Numbered from the stretch's first letter, positions 1 through 9,918 are shown. The stretch is 57,709 bases of DNA from an uncultured delta proteobacterium (GCA_963754785.1 CAVWHH010000026.1:1-57709); one strand, 5' to 3'. A program made the numbers and translations. Notes: generated by a model not told the origin, from the letters alone.

Positions 1-323
1 GGAATGTGAGGGAACTGAAGCATTTTATCGAGAGAGCGGTTATATTGTCTGACGGAAGCGGATTCAATTTTTCCAGTCTTCTGCAGGTTTCCACTCATCG
101 CGCGATGAGCGAAGACCCTCCACTTCTTTCTTTGGCTGATGTGGAGCGGGACCATATAGAAAAAATCCTTGCCGCTACGCACTGGAAGGTAAGCGGACCC
201 AGGGGAGCGGCATCAATTCTCGGATTAAAACCGACAACACTTCTTTTCCGTATGAATAAGCTTGGTATCAAAAAACCTACTTTATCAACAATTCTGGGTC
301 AAGCATTGGGAGCCAACCCTTGA
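1..323 (+). CDS. sigma-54-dependent (NtrC/Fis-family) transcriptional regulator, C-terminal end with Fis-type HTH; 5'-partial at window edge
   Basis: Translation ends ...LSLADVERDHIEKILAATHWKVSGPRGAASILGLKPTTLLFRMNKLGIK. This is the typical C-terminal HTH_8 of bacterial enhancer-binding proteins. The ORF runs to the window start. Confidence 0.7.
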   Translation, partial: NVRELKHFIERAVILSDGSGFNFSSLLQVSTHRAMSEDPPLLSLADVERDHIEKILAATHWKVSGPRGAASILGLKPTTLLFRMNKLGIKKPTLSTILGQALGANP

Positions 324-433
324 ATTGGCCATTTCAAAACCTCAGTCGCCATACAATTAGCGGGTTACCAATTAAATATTGATAACAAGGAGCCGTTGTA
401 CAATGCTCCTCCTCCGTACTCATCACCGCTAGT

Positions 434-470
434 AATCTTCAGAGTTTAGGAAGGCTTGGCGGGCGAGGAG
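434..470. repeat. Repeat family A, copy A1 (core ...TTAGGAAGGCTTGGCGGGC...)
   Basis: Aligns by eye to 4178-4226, 11498-11546 and 55308-55368 over about 45 nt. Confidence 0.5.
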
Positions 471-834
471 TACACGAATGCAGAGTGTGGAAAAACACTT
501 ACAACTAAATAATTTCACCTGAATAAAATGCCGACGATTTCAGCCAAAAATAATGCATAACGATGAAATCAGCCGCGTGGTTTTTAGGCCGGCTGAATTC
601 TCTTGTTATACCTATATCTTCAGTCTTTTATCATGATCCATATGCGGGGCGACACCGGTTGTCTCTCTATTAGTCCTTGACGAGAAACTTTTTTGGTGAA
701 TGGAAATGCCCAAAATTGATCAACAGTTCCAACAAAAGGATCTTGCAATTAGTAAGACAAAACGTACATAAGCGTCCAGGCTTGAAAATACCAGATTTGA
801 CCGTCTGACGATGTTCGGAATCTCGGGTATGATC

Positions 835-1314
835 TCATGTTTTGTTTCGGCGAAGAAGAACCATCATCCCCCGCCAGCTTGTTACAACCTCGCTTCGTTG
901 GTTCATGACCTCAACAAAGGACCGCACCAGGCCCCGGTCGGGCTTTGATTCCGACGGTTTTGTTTCCGCGATCATTACACGAACGGAGAGGCTGTCGCCT
1001 GGTCGTACTGGTTTGTGCCATCGTAGCTGGTCCACGCCGGGTGAACCGAGACTTGATCCGCGGGGAAGATAGTTCTCGACAAGTAATCTCATGGCCATTC
1101 CCGCGGTGTGCCACCCGCTGGCAACAATACCGCCGAACTTAGTAGCCCGAGCAGCGTCAGGGTCAACATGGAAGGGTTGCGGATCATATCTTCGGGCAAA
1201 TTCAATAATCTCCTTTTTTTCTACCTTGACCGATCCGAATTCGTAGACCGAACCTTCCACATAATCTTCAAAAAACCGCTTTTCAGCGGGTATATCCAGT
1301 AACGATCCGTTCAT
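835..1314 (-). CDS. MaoC-like hotdog-fold dehydratase / (R)-specific enoyl-CoA hydratase
   Basis: 159 aa. Motifs PQPFHVDPDAARATKFGGIVASGWHTAGMAMRLL are typical of the MaoC dehydratase family. Confidence 0.75.
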   Translation of the reverse strand: MNGSLLDIPAEKRFFEDYVEGSVYEFGSVKVEKKEIIEFARRYDPQPFHVDPDAARATKFGGIVASGWHTAGMAMRLLVENYLPRGSSLGSPGVDQLRWHKPVRPGDSLSVRVMIAETKPSESKPDRGLVRSFVEVMNQRSEVVTSWRGMMVLLRRNKT

Positions 1315-1963
1315 ATATTACCTCATCGGTTGTGGCATAAATGTGCAATCCGTCATGTATCAGAATACCATTTATTGATTATTTATAAAACAAAGCATCG
1401 ATATGGTAATGGACTTAAATCAAGTATAGATCGCATCCACTTCACATGATTTCCGGTTGAAACCTGCTATGACACAGAAAATGCTGCAAGTGTTTGTTTA
1501 TAGGAAGGACTACATGGAATTTCCCCTTACAAATTTTTCAAAATAGGCCTCAATTAAAAATTGGCGTTTCTACTCACAACTGGTGTATTTGTCAAATCCT
1601 GAGAAAACGAAGATTACCGACAAATAGTTTTACCCACCAACCCGGAATAATTTCTAACCTATTTCCCCGGTCGGTCATTCAGTCTGCGAATGGCTGCACA
1701 CTTTGTTATAATTCAATGTCGCCGTGAATGAGGCGTCATAAATAATGAAATACGGTAACAAACGGTTTCCTTCCCAGCTATCCACCCGGGGACGCATCGG
1801 TGCCTGTATGCAACTACTTGTGGCACTCCTCGCACCGTGCGAAGTTATTCTTATGATGACAAGTATAGCACCATTCAACATCCGGCTTGGGAAGGGCAGC
1901 AACGCCGGCGGCCGTGGGCGGAAGCGGGTGCGTTTCATGACAATTATTGCACTCGGGAATTGT

Positions 1964-2245
1964 CTAAGCATCCTTCGAATTATGCGGCACGAATCGGTGC
2001 GGAGTGATCTTCTCCCCGCTCGGCGCCACATAGTTGGCACTCGCTGTTGCGAGCTTATCGAAAGGCCTGTGACAATTCAGGCAGACCTCCTTGGAGATGA
2101 CCGGTGCGGAGGTGGCGGTTTGCGGTGCGCTGGCTGAAGCATCGGCTACCACTCCAGCTGGTGCCGGACGGAGTTCAAGGATGATCAATGCGGCCGTCAG
2201 GAACAGAAACGGAGTTGTAAAGAACGATTTAAATTGTCTCTTCAT
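1964..2245 (-). CDS. small monoheme c-type cytochrome with N-terminal signal peptide
   Basis: 93 aa with a hydrophobic N-terminus. Single CLNCH (CXXCH) heme-binding motif. Lies immediately downstream (same strand) of the Tat-flavoprotein gene. Confidence 0.6.
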   Translation of the reverse strand: MKRQFKSFFTTPFLFLTAALIILELRPAPAGVVADASASAPQTATSAPVISKEVCLNCHRPFDKLATASANYVAPSGEKITPHRFVPHNSKDA

Positions 2246-2279
2246 AATTCTTTTGCTCCGAGATACATTTCACAACAAA

Positions 2280-4079
2280 CTACATCGCCTTTTCCAACAC
2301 GGCGGTCTTACCGGCTATGTAACCCTGACATATTGCCCTGGCCAGGCCATGCTGGCTGAAGCCCCCGGCTGATTCCCCGCCACAGTAAAGGCTTGGAATC
2401 ACCTGGCCATTCATATCCTGCACTTGGCATTTGGCATTGATCCTCACGCCGGCGCGTGTATCATGCACGACAGGCGTTGCCCAGCCAGCGTAGAAGGGAG
2501 GCCTGGCGATCTTGTACTGAGGGGCAGGTTTGCCGAAGTCTTCATCTTTCCCTGCGTCCACGAAGGAGTTATACCTAGTCACGGTCTCTTCCAAGTTTCT
2601 GTGAGGCATGGGAACTCGCTGATATTTCATAACGATCTTTGTTGCTAACTCCGGAATGGAATTTGCCTTGAAAAAGAAGCCGGCGTCGAGATCGACGTTA
2701 GGAGGACTCGGATTCCATCTCTGCCGGGCCACAGCGTCAGCGTCAAAGATTGCCCAGATCGGGCCGCCTCCGTTTTTCCCATCGCCGATTCCGGCCAGAG
2801 CCGCATTGATAAAGTTGTTGGGGTTATACTTTACGTTGGCTGCGTTCAGATAACTGCCTGGAGTATAGGGGTTGATCTGTCCGGCATCGTTAGCGGTGAA
2901 CTGGTCTCCGGTTTCATCATAAAATCGCTTGCCCAACATATTGACGAGAATAACGTTCTGCCAATCGGCTACCGGCAGGCCGGACGCGCGGGCAAGCTTG
3001 AACACCGGGCTGCTCGGCATCCACCTTAAATTTCTGTAATTGTACTGGCACCCAATCGTACCGGGTTTGGTAATATTTGAACCGAATTCTCCGGTCTGGT
3101 TGTACAAACCCCAGAGCGAGGCTCCTATTGCCATAGCGGCAATCTCTCCGCTGGCATCTTGGTCGGACCAGGGCATGCCTGCGAGGCCGCAATACTCCTC
3201 GGTAAGGCGCGCATCGAACACTCGGCGGAAGTTCACGTTTCCTGTGGAGCCACCCGTTGCAATGATAACGGCCTTTCTGGCACGAATGTTCAGCTTTGTG
3301 CCTTTGTTATCGACGGCGATACCAAGGACCCTTCCCGCATTCGGCGTTTCCCGGTAAATGGACGTCATCTTGTGCTCAAGGAGGATTTGTACGCCTGCCC
3401 TTTTCGCCGCCACTTCCAGGGGCCGCACGAGGCCGTTGCCCGTGGAGGTCGTGGCTTGAACAGTCGGATCCGCCGGCCTGCCCGTTTGAACCATGGGCCA
3501 GTTCATCGCGACGGCATGCATCTCGCGGGGAACAGAGTTCCCGACCGAGGTTCCGCCTAGAGTATCCGGAGGCCTGTCTATAAAGATGACTCCGTGGGCG
3601 ATGAGCCATTCAAAGCTCGGGGCGCTGTTGTCGGCAAAGGCACGAATAATCTCCCGATCGTTATACCGATAGTCGGGAAATCCATTGGGTTGGACGATGG
3701 ACCAGTCGGTCAGGTCCTCAAAGAGGATGTCCGGCGAATCCTTGATGCCTGCCTTCTGCTGCACGCTCGTACCACCACCCAGCGGAATATTGCCGCCGCT
3801 TGTTATGGCGTGCCCGCCGATATCAGGGGCCGCTTCGAGGAGGATCACTCGTGCTCCAGCTTCACGGGCCACAATGGCAGCGGGAAGCCCCATTGCCCCT
3901 GCCCCGATCACAACGACATCCGCTTCTTTGTTCCACTTTATCGACAGTCCTTTGGCTTTAGCGGATGCATCGGTCGGTGGAATGAAGTTCGCTATGGCGG
4001 CGGCACTTGTTGCGATAGCGGTCCTTTTGAGAAACTGACGCCGGCTGATTCCGTTGTCCTTTTTCTCTTCCTCTGACAT
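2280..4079 (-). CDS. Tat-exported FAD-dependent oxidoreductase (fumarate reductase/succinate dehydrogenase flavoprotein-like, FAD-binding dehydrogenase); flavin subunit of a flavocytochrome c
   Basis: Long ORF 2280..4166. The likely true start is the internal MSEEEKKDNGISRRQFLKRTAIATSAAAIA (twin-arginine signal), preceded by GGGGGAAAtaatATG. The dinucleotide fold VVVIGAGAMGLPAAIVAREAGARVILLE is present, and the C-terminal part resembles the FAD_binding_2 family. Confidence 0.8.
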   Translation of the reverse strand: MSEEEKKDNGISRRQFLKRTAIATSAAAIANFIPPTDASAKAKGLSIKWNKEADVVVIGAGAMGLPAAIVAREAGARVILLEAAPDIGGHAITSGGNIPLGGGTSVQQKAGIKDSPDILFEDLTDWSIVQPNGFPDYRYNDREIIRAFADNSAPSFEWLIAHGVIFIDRPPDTLGGTSVGNSVPREMHAVAMNWPMVQTGRPADPTVQATTSTGNGLVRPLEVAAKRAGVQILLEHKMTSIYRETPNAGRVLGIAVDNKGTKLNIRARKAVIIATGGSTGNVNFRRVFDARLTEEYCGLAGMPWSDQDASGEIAAMAIGASLWGLYNQTGEFGSNITKPGTIGCQYNYRNLRWMPSSPVFKLARASGLPVADWQNVILVNMLGKRFYDETGDQFTANDAGQINPYTPGSYLNAANVKYNPNNFINAALAGIGDGKNGGGPIWAIFDADAVARQRWNPSPPNVDLDAGFFFKANSIPELATKIVMKYQRVPMPHRNLEETVTRYNSFVDAGKDEDFGKPAPQYKIARPPFYAGWATPVVHDTRAGVRINAKCQVQDMNGQVIPSLYCGGESAGGFSQHGLARAICQGYIAGKTAVLEKAM

Positions 4080-4137
4080 ATTATTTCCCCCTTTCGAAAC
4101 TCGCCATTGCCCATAACGAGGATGGGTCTTTCTTCGA

Positions 4138-4166
4138 ATTATAGAGTATGTCTGTTTTTTTGACAA
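4138..4166 (-). promoter_or_regulatory. sigma-70-like promoter for the flavocytochrome operon (TTGTCA-17-TATAAT on the minus strand)
   Basis: Reverse complement reads ttgtca aaaaaacagacatactc tataat, about 60 nt upstream of the start at 4079. Confidence 0.4.
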
Positions 4167-4177
4167 CTTTCAGGGGA

Positions 4178-4226
4178 AATTTTCATAGTTTCGGAAGGCT
4201 TGCTGGGCACCGATTAGAGGAAGAAG
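4178..4226. repeat. Repeat family A, copy A2
   Basis: tttcatagtttcggaaggcttgctgggcaccgattagaggaagaag. See the family A finding. Confidence 0.55.
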
Positions 4227-4346
4227 TCCGTACGCTATAACACAACTTTTGACAATTCAAGATGCTTAGAAATGAACGATTACCAGGAGAAATAAGGCGT
4301 CAGAATGACCTGTCCCCGAAACCCGGTTACCCTGGGATCAGAATCA

Positions 4347-4394
4347 TTTAGTGGAGAAACTAACTTTAGTGGTACAATGAATAGGGGCAGGTCA
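4347..4394. repeat. Repeat family B, copy B1
   Basis: tttagtggagaaactaactttagtggtacaatgaataggggcaggtca. Near-identical to 29717-29770. Confidence 0.55.
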
Positions 4395-4464
4395 ACCATG
4401 TCCCGGGCTTTTTCTTCAGAGGCCACAGTTCTGTTCTCTTAAAAGCGATCAGGAGGCGCCGTCT

Positions 4465-5310
4465 ATGGACATGTACGAACTAGTCATGAAACGCAGGTCG
4501 GTGAGAAACTTCAAAGATCAGGCAATCCCGGAAGAGATCGTCGGGAAGCTCCTCGATGGGGCCAATAATGCCCCATCCGGAGGAAACATACAACCTCTTT
4601 CGGTGATTGTAGTGAGGAAGGCGGGGGGCCGAAGAAGGCTAGCCGAAGTTGTGGGCAGGCAGCCTTGGGTGAAGAATGCGCCGCTCTCCCTGATCTTCTG
4701 TCTCGATTTCAACCGGGTCAAGCGATGGGCCGCATTATACGAGACGGAGTTCAAAGGAGAACATGCCTGCGCCCATTTCCTCATCGCCTATGCCGATCTC
4801 ATGTGTGCAGCCCAGACCGTGGTGCTCCTTGCGGAGAGCTACGGGCTGGGATCGGTCTACGTGGGCACGATCCAGTCAAGCGTGGACGAGGCCAGACAGG
4901 CCTTCGAAATCCCCCAGTATGTGCTGCCCATGATGGTCCTTTCTCTGGGGTATCCGAAGACAGTCCCCAGAGGAATCCCTAAATTGAAGCGGGACGTGAT
5001 TGTTCACCAGGAAAAATATCGGATGCCCACCGATGAAGAGATCAGGCTCGCCTTGGAGGAGAAGTACGGCCAGTTTGGAGGAAAGGCTGAGGAATACCTC
5101 GAAAAGGCCTTCATTGAGATGATTGAAGCAGACAAACAGGGAGACGAGGGTTGGACAGCCAGGGTAGTGACGGAGATGGCGAGGCTGGAGATCAGGAACA
5201 ATGCTCAGTTTCTCTTTAAGCTCAGGTATCCCGCCAATGTGATGGTGAAACTGAATCGGAAGATGATCGACTCCTTCAAAAACAGCGGATTCGATTTCTT
5301 CGGGGAATAG
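4465..5310 (+). CDS. nitroreductase-family protein with an approximately 90-aa C-terminal extension
   Basis: The N-terminus MKRRSVRNFKDQAIPEEIVGKLLDGANNAPSGGNIQPLSVIVV is the canonical nitroreductase fold start. The protein is 281 aa. Confidence 0.8.
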   Translation: MDMYELVMKRRSVRNFKDQAIPEEIVGKLLDGANNAPSGGNIQPLSVIVVRKAGGRRRLAEVVGRQPWVKNAPLSLIFCLDFNRVKRWAALYETEFKGEHACAHFLIAYADLMCAAQTVVLLAESYGLGSVYVGTIQSSVDEARQAFEIPQYVLPMMVLSLGYPKTVPRGIPKLKRDVIVHQEKYRMPTDEEIRLALEEKYGQFGGKAEEYLEKAFIEMIEADKQGDEGWTARVVTEMARLEIRNNAQFLFKLRYPANVMVKLNRKMIDSFKNSGFDFFGE

Positions 5311-5401
5311 CCTGACCGGGTGTTGCCCTTCTCACGTGTCGCGCAAACGATGTTTCAATGGCAACCCCGGCAAGCATGATAGACAATTGTACTTCGATGA
5401 T

Positions 5402-5457
5402 AGAAATTTGGAGATGCTTTTTCGACCCAAGGGTTAAGTTTCTTTTCATCAACTGTC
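5402..5457. repeat. Repeat family C, copy C1
   Basis: agaaatttggagatgctttttcgacccaagggttaagtttcttttcatcaactg. Similar to 25682-25733. Confidence 0.5.
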
Positions 5458-5561
5458 TCCGCAAAATTCACCTGATAATCATCTAAAGGGCACCTCGCCA
5501 TAGTAATCAAGATGTTATACTATGGCAAAAGACATCCAAATCTTCACAAGGAGGTGCCCTT

Positions 5562-6502
5562 ATGGAAGTGTACGCTGGATTGGATCTTCATTCAACAAAT
5601 ACGTATGTGGCAATGATCGACGGGGATAACAGAGTGCTCTACAAGCAACGGCACAGCAATGACGTTTCTTCTATCCTTTCTTCACTCGATCCTTTCAAAA
5701 AGGATATGAAGGGTGTGGTGGTGGAGTCGACGTACAATTGGTACTGGCTGGTGGACACTCTTATGGAAGCCAGTTATCGTGTCCATCTTGCAAACGTATC
5801 TGCCATCAAACAGTATGAAGGGCTCAAGCAGATCGATGATAAGAAGAAGTTCCCTCTGGCTCGCCAATCTCTTGAGACTCAACATCCTTCCCACGGGTTA
5901 CATTTACCCCAGGGAAGAGCGGCCAACCAGAGATCTTCTTAAGAGAGAGGCTTAACCTTGTCCGCCACCGGACATCACACATCGTAAGTGTCAAGAACAT
6001 CCTCGCCAAGAACCTCGGCATCAGGATGAAAAGCGAGGAGGTGAAGAAGCTTACGGTCCCTGACGTGATGGCGCTCTTTCCCGACACAAAGATGCGCGTC
6101 GCAGTGACCGCAAGCGTGGGCCTCATCGCTCATCTGGAAAAAGAGATCGATGGCATCGAAGCGATGATTACCAAAAAGCTCAAGATCAGAAATGAGTTTA
6201 CAAAGCTCCTTACCATGCCCGGTATCGGACAGATCCTTGGCCTTACCATTATGCTGGAAGTGGGCCATATCGATCGCTTCCCCACTGTGGGGGATTACTC
6301 CTCATACTGCCGGTGTGTCAGGAGCATCCGTACCTCAAACGGGAAGATAACAGGATACGGGAACCGAAAGAGTAGCAACAAGTATCTCTTTTGGGCCTAT
6401 GTTGAAGCTGTCAACTTTGAAGAAGGTACCATGAGGAGGTGCGTAGCTCCTATGAGAGAAAAAAGGCACGGACAAATAAGATCGTGGCTATCAAGGCGGT
6501 AA
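5562..6502 (+). pseudogene. IS110-family transposase split by a frameshift (N-terminal DEDD part 5562..5942, C-terminal part 6026..6502)
   Basis: The N-part MEVYAGLDLHSTNTYVAMIDGDNRVLYKQRHSND...VVVESTYNWYWLVDTL is a typical IS110 N-terminus. The C-part (LTMPGIGQILGLTIMLEVGHIDRFPTVGDYSSYCRCVRSIRTSNGK) is the IS110 C-terminal domain. They sit in different frames separated by about 80 nt. Confidence 0.7.
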
Positions 6503-7356
6503 GCCACAAACTTGCCCGGGCATCCTCCTCTGGTATGCGGGATAAGGTAGAACTATGACCAGGCACGCTTGTTCGTGTAAGCGAATGACAGGAAAAGAGG
6601 TGAACCAGAAAGGTTTGTTGGCCTATAACCAGGCACCTCATTGGCAACCTCTTTCCTCTCACATGAACATACATCCCACAGATAAAGAGTGGGAAAAAAA
6701 GGTGCACCGGTAGAGATCTGTGCTTTAAGCCGGAAAGACCGTCCGGCATCTTATCCGCCCCTGTCATGAGCCTAATCAAGGTCGGTTTGTAACCACGACC
6801 CCTGCGATACCACTTGGACTGGCAGGGAACTGACGATTTTCTGGAAGACGAAAGAGATCGCATATCCCCATGGGTGCATGGTGCGGGAAAGACCGCGAAC
6901 CACAAGACAGAAAAGACAAAGGGATGAAGAGGTCGAAACGGGTAAACGGGGGTATATGGGCTCGTACCTGCAAGAAAGTCGATCTTTCTTGTCGGAGGGA
7001 TATTATTCAATTACGGATCGCACTCCATCTCCTATTTTAACCCGAGTATCGTCATTTTTTTGGGAGTGGCGGGTGGTATCAAGGACGTCTTGTCTTGGGA
7101 ACGTGGTCGTCGCCGAGAAAGTATACGCCTATGGGGCAGGAAAAGACGACAAATCCTTAGCACCAAGACCCGATTTGGGAATCCCATCACTCCGGCTTAT
7201 TAAACGTACCCAGACTGAAGCCAGGAAGGATACGTAACTGCAACGAATTGAGGGCTATAAATTGGCCTTTCGCTGACCCTGGTGTGACCACTCCCCTTAA
7301 GAGTAAAATCAGGTTTTTCAAAGGTTTTCTTTTCATGCTTGGCGTTTTTTGCGACC

Positions 7357-7385
7357 TTGACATGCTTTGCAACCATACTTATAAT
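7357..7385 (+). promoter_or_regulatory. consensus sigma-70 promoter (TTGACA-17 nt-TATAAT)
   Basis: ttgaca tgctttgcaaccatact tataat. An RBS (aaaaggaggt) and ATG at 7438 follow about 50 nt downstream. Confidence 0.5.
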
Positions 7386-7437
7386 CCGAACAAATGTCAT
7401 TGGGATAGTTCCCTTTGGAAAAAGGAGGTAATAGACA

Positions 7438-7835
7438 TGCCAAAAAAGGATGAAGTAAAAAAGATGACCGGGAAGGAAAAGAAAACCAGCCGACCCGCAA
7501 AACCGGTCAAGACCAAGCCGGTTGAAGCGAAAGCTCCGGCCAAAACACAAAAGAAACCGGCGTTGCCCGGCAAAAAAACTGAAAGAACCCTTAAACTGAA
7601 AGCACCGCGAGCAGGACAAGTCTCTATCGTGGGCTCCTTCAATGAATGGGATCCCATCGCCAACGTGTTGAATCCGGAGGGGGATGACATGTGGAGTTGT
7701 ACCTTGGCAATAGAGCCCGGGGAGTACGAGTACCGGTTTGTCGTGGACGGAGTCTGGTGTGATGACCCCGCGAATATGTTGCGGCGTCCGAATGAGTTCG
7801 GCACAGAGAACTGCGTCCTCATCATTGAGAACTAA
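7438..7835 (+). CDS. small CBM48 / AMPK-beta-like glycogen-binding-domain protein with a Lys/Pro-rich N-terminus
   Basis: The C-terminal LKLKAPRAGQVSIVGSFNEWDPIANVLNPEGDDMWSCTLAIEPGEYEYRFVVDGVWCDDPAN matches the AMPK1_CBM/CBM48 pattern. The start was chosen by the RBS and the promoter at 7357-7385. The longer track ORF 7248..7835 has no support. Confidence 0.65.
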
Positions 7836-7940
7836 GGTGCTATCTGGCGAATCAACGGCCGGTATAGCACCGATATTTGTTCCGACAAAAAACACGCAAA
7901 GAATCAAAGGAAATTGCTAAAGTGAGAAGCCGAGCGGCCG

Positions 7941-8369
7941 ATGCCTACACTCTGGGACATGGAGGAATGGTTTGAGGATGCCTTCCGGAGACCATTCTCT
8001 CTGTTCGGCCAGCCTGTCATGCGGTTTTCTCAGGCCGAAGAAATCGTTCCATCGGTCGATATCCTCGAAGATAAGGGTGGAATTGTTGTCAAGGCGGAAC
8101 TTCCAGGCGTCAACAAAGAGGATATCGATGTCACCCCTACCGACGATACCATTACAATTGCCGGTGAGAAGAAGAAGGAAAAAGAGGTCGAAAAGAAGAA
8201 CTACTACCGGTGGGAGTATTCATACGGCTCGTTTGTGCGGACCTTTACATTGCGCGCTGAGGTACAGACGGATAAGGCAAAGACGCAGTTTAAAAACGGA
8301 ATTCTCGAGATACGGATACCGAGGACCGAAGAGACGATCAAAAAGGAGAAAAAGCTCAAGATCGAGTGA
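7941..8369 (+). CDS. Hsp20/alpha-crystallin family small heat-shock protein
   Basis: VDILEDKGGIVVKAELPGVNKEDIDV...GILEIRIPRTEE is a classic alpha-crystallin domain. Confidence 0.85.
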   Translation: MPTLWDMEEWFEDAFRRPFSLFGQPVMRFSQAEEIVPSVDILEDKGGIVVKAELPGVNKEDIDVTPTDDTITIAGEKKKEKEVEKKNYYRWEYSYGSFVRTFTLRAEVQTDKAKTQFKNGILEIRIPRTEETIKKEKKLKIE

Positions 8370-8646
8370 AGTTTATGTCGGCTGACTTGCGACCACCCGA
8401 CATGTCTACCATGTCTTGAGACCCTGACACAGCAGAGCCTCTTATCCTGTGGGCTTGACATCATAAATACATTACAATGAGCAATAATCATGCCAACCTA
8501 TTTCGAAAATTACGGTATGAGGTATATGATCACAGTATTCTTTGAGCGAATTGGCCTTGTAGAGATGATCGAGAAGGTAATGCTAAGATGTATGAATTAT
8601 AACCGCAGTTTTCGAGTTAAGGGAGGCTTTCAATGAAGTTCAGGTC

Positions 8647-8847
8647 TTATAGCATGCGAGCATTCTCAGCAGCAGGGCCCTTAGGGCCTTGGAGAAAATC
8701 GAAACTGACACGGTCACCCTCGGCTAGCGACTCGAAACCCTCTCCCTGGATAGCGGAATGATGCGCGAATAGCTCCTTGCCACCCTCCCGCTCGATAAAA
8801 CCAAATCCTTTTGAATCATTAAACCATCTAGCCCTTCCTTCTGCCAT
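8647..8847 (-). CDS. cold-shock protein (CspA family, S1-like cold-shock domain)
   Basis: 66 aa with the RNP motifs MAEGRARWFNDSKGFGFIEREGGKELFAHHSAIQGEGFESLAEGDRVSFDF. A long 5' leader is typical of csp genes. Confidence 0.9.
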   Translation of the reverse strand: MAEGRARWFNDSKGFGFIEREGGKELFAHHSAIQGEGFESLAEGDRVSFDFLQGPKGPAAENARML

Positions 8848-9180
8848 CCTTATTCTCCTTATGTTTCAAGTTTATCCGTGAACTCATTTACAATAACAAT
8901 TATGAACATTTCTTCCCGGAAATGCAAGATTGTTCCCTGTTTACTGTCAGATACTGATTGCCATCCGAGATGATCAAGTTTTCATAAGTCTGTCGGATCA
9001 TTGATTAGGGAAGGTATCCTGTTACCGCTTGTATACCTGCAAACATCGTAAAAAAAGTAATTTTTGCAACTAACGTTTACAGATAACATATATGTGCGGC
9101 TTTGACCAGCTGTTGACAGGGGAATGGGTGGTATGCTAAATAATCGTGTTTCTTGTATCCTGATATAAGAGGAGCAGTTC

Positions 9181-9918
9181 TTGCGAACATGGTATAAGTC
9201 GTATTCTCTTACCCGGAGCAACCTGAGGGATTTGATCATAGCATTGTCCGTACTGTCTGCCGCTCTATTTCCGGTAAGCAATACCAAAATGTGCCTCGCA
9301 TATGGGTTATTGGGCCTTGGCTGCTTCCTGCATTTTATCTCCAAGGGAGTATTGATAAGAAATGTTGTCTTGTGTAATAGAGGCATTTACCAAGTGGTAC
9401 GACACCCTTATTATCTGGCCAATTACCTCATTGATTTCAGCTTTTGTCTTCTGAGCGGTAACCTTTTTCTGGTAGCATTTTATCCGTTCCTCTTTTTCTG
9501 GGCCTATGGACCTACATTAAGAGGAGAGGAGCAAGTGCTCTTTACCAGGCATGGTGAATCATTTGTCAAGGAAAGTCTGGAGATACCCCAAGTTTTTCCG
9601 GACATAGTCTCTATCAGAAATATCAGAGCGCTATTTACTGGATTTTCTGTCAAAAGGATAACGTTCAAAGAGTGCTCCCGGATCACGAGGTTCTGCGCTA
9701 CAGCGTTATTTATAACATTGATCATCGAGGTTAAAGCAGATGGCTTCATGAGGGGGTTCAAAGACATATTATTCCCAACAAAACTGGATTACGATGAGTT
9801 CCTCTTGGCGCTTTTCGCTGTGATCCTCTACGTGGCAAGCATTATTATTCTCCGGTTCTCAAAGATAAGCACGTCTTGTAGCAAACCCCACGAGCCCATC
9901 TATCCTGAGAGCCCGTGA
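9181..9918 (+). CDS. membrane protein of the isoprenylcysteine carboxyl methyltransferase (ICMT)/phospholipid methyltransferase family
   Basis: Multi-TM protein carrying VVRHPYYLANYL...GEEQVLFTRHGESF, the ICMT-type motif. The start is uncertain (TTG at 9181 or ATG about 9286). Confidence 0.55.
   Translation: MRTWYKSYSLTRSNLRDLIIALSVLSAALFPVSNTKMCLAYGLLGLGCFLHFISKGVLIRNVVLCNRGIYQVVRHPYYLANYLIDFSFCLLSGNLFLVAFYPFLFFWAYGPTLRGEEQVLFTRHGESFVKESLEIPQVFPDIVSIRNIRALFTGFSVKRITFKECSRITRFCATALFITLIIEVKADGFMRGFKDILFPTKLDYDEFLLALFAVILYVASIIILRFSKISTSCSKPHEPIYPESP

Noticed and set aside
4191-4215. Sigma-54 (-24/-12) promoter inside repeat A (GGAAGGCTTGC...TGGGCAC) and at 1819 (TGGCACTCCTCGCAC)
   Set aside because: The GG-to-GC spacing is 8-9 nt instead of the required 10. 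Copies of A occur between convergent genes, which is inconsistent with a promoter.
6450-7237. Track ORFs 6450..7010(-), 6776..6973(-) and 6878..7237(+) (the latter contains VVVAEKVYAYGAGKDD, faintly reminiscent of nucleoside phosphorylase/TIR-like motifs)
   Set aside because: No start context and no coherent domain. Possibly another eroded gene, but the evidence is too thin to call.
7248-7437. N-terminal extension of the CBM48 gene as given in the track (start at 7248)
   Set aside because: A perfect sigma-70 promoter (7357-7385) and a strong RBS sit inside this extension, so the real start is 7438.
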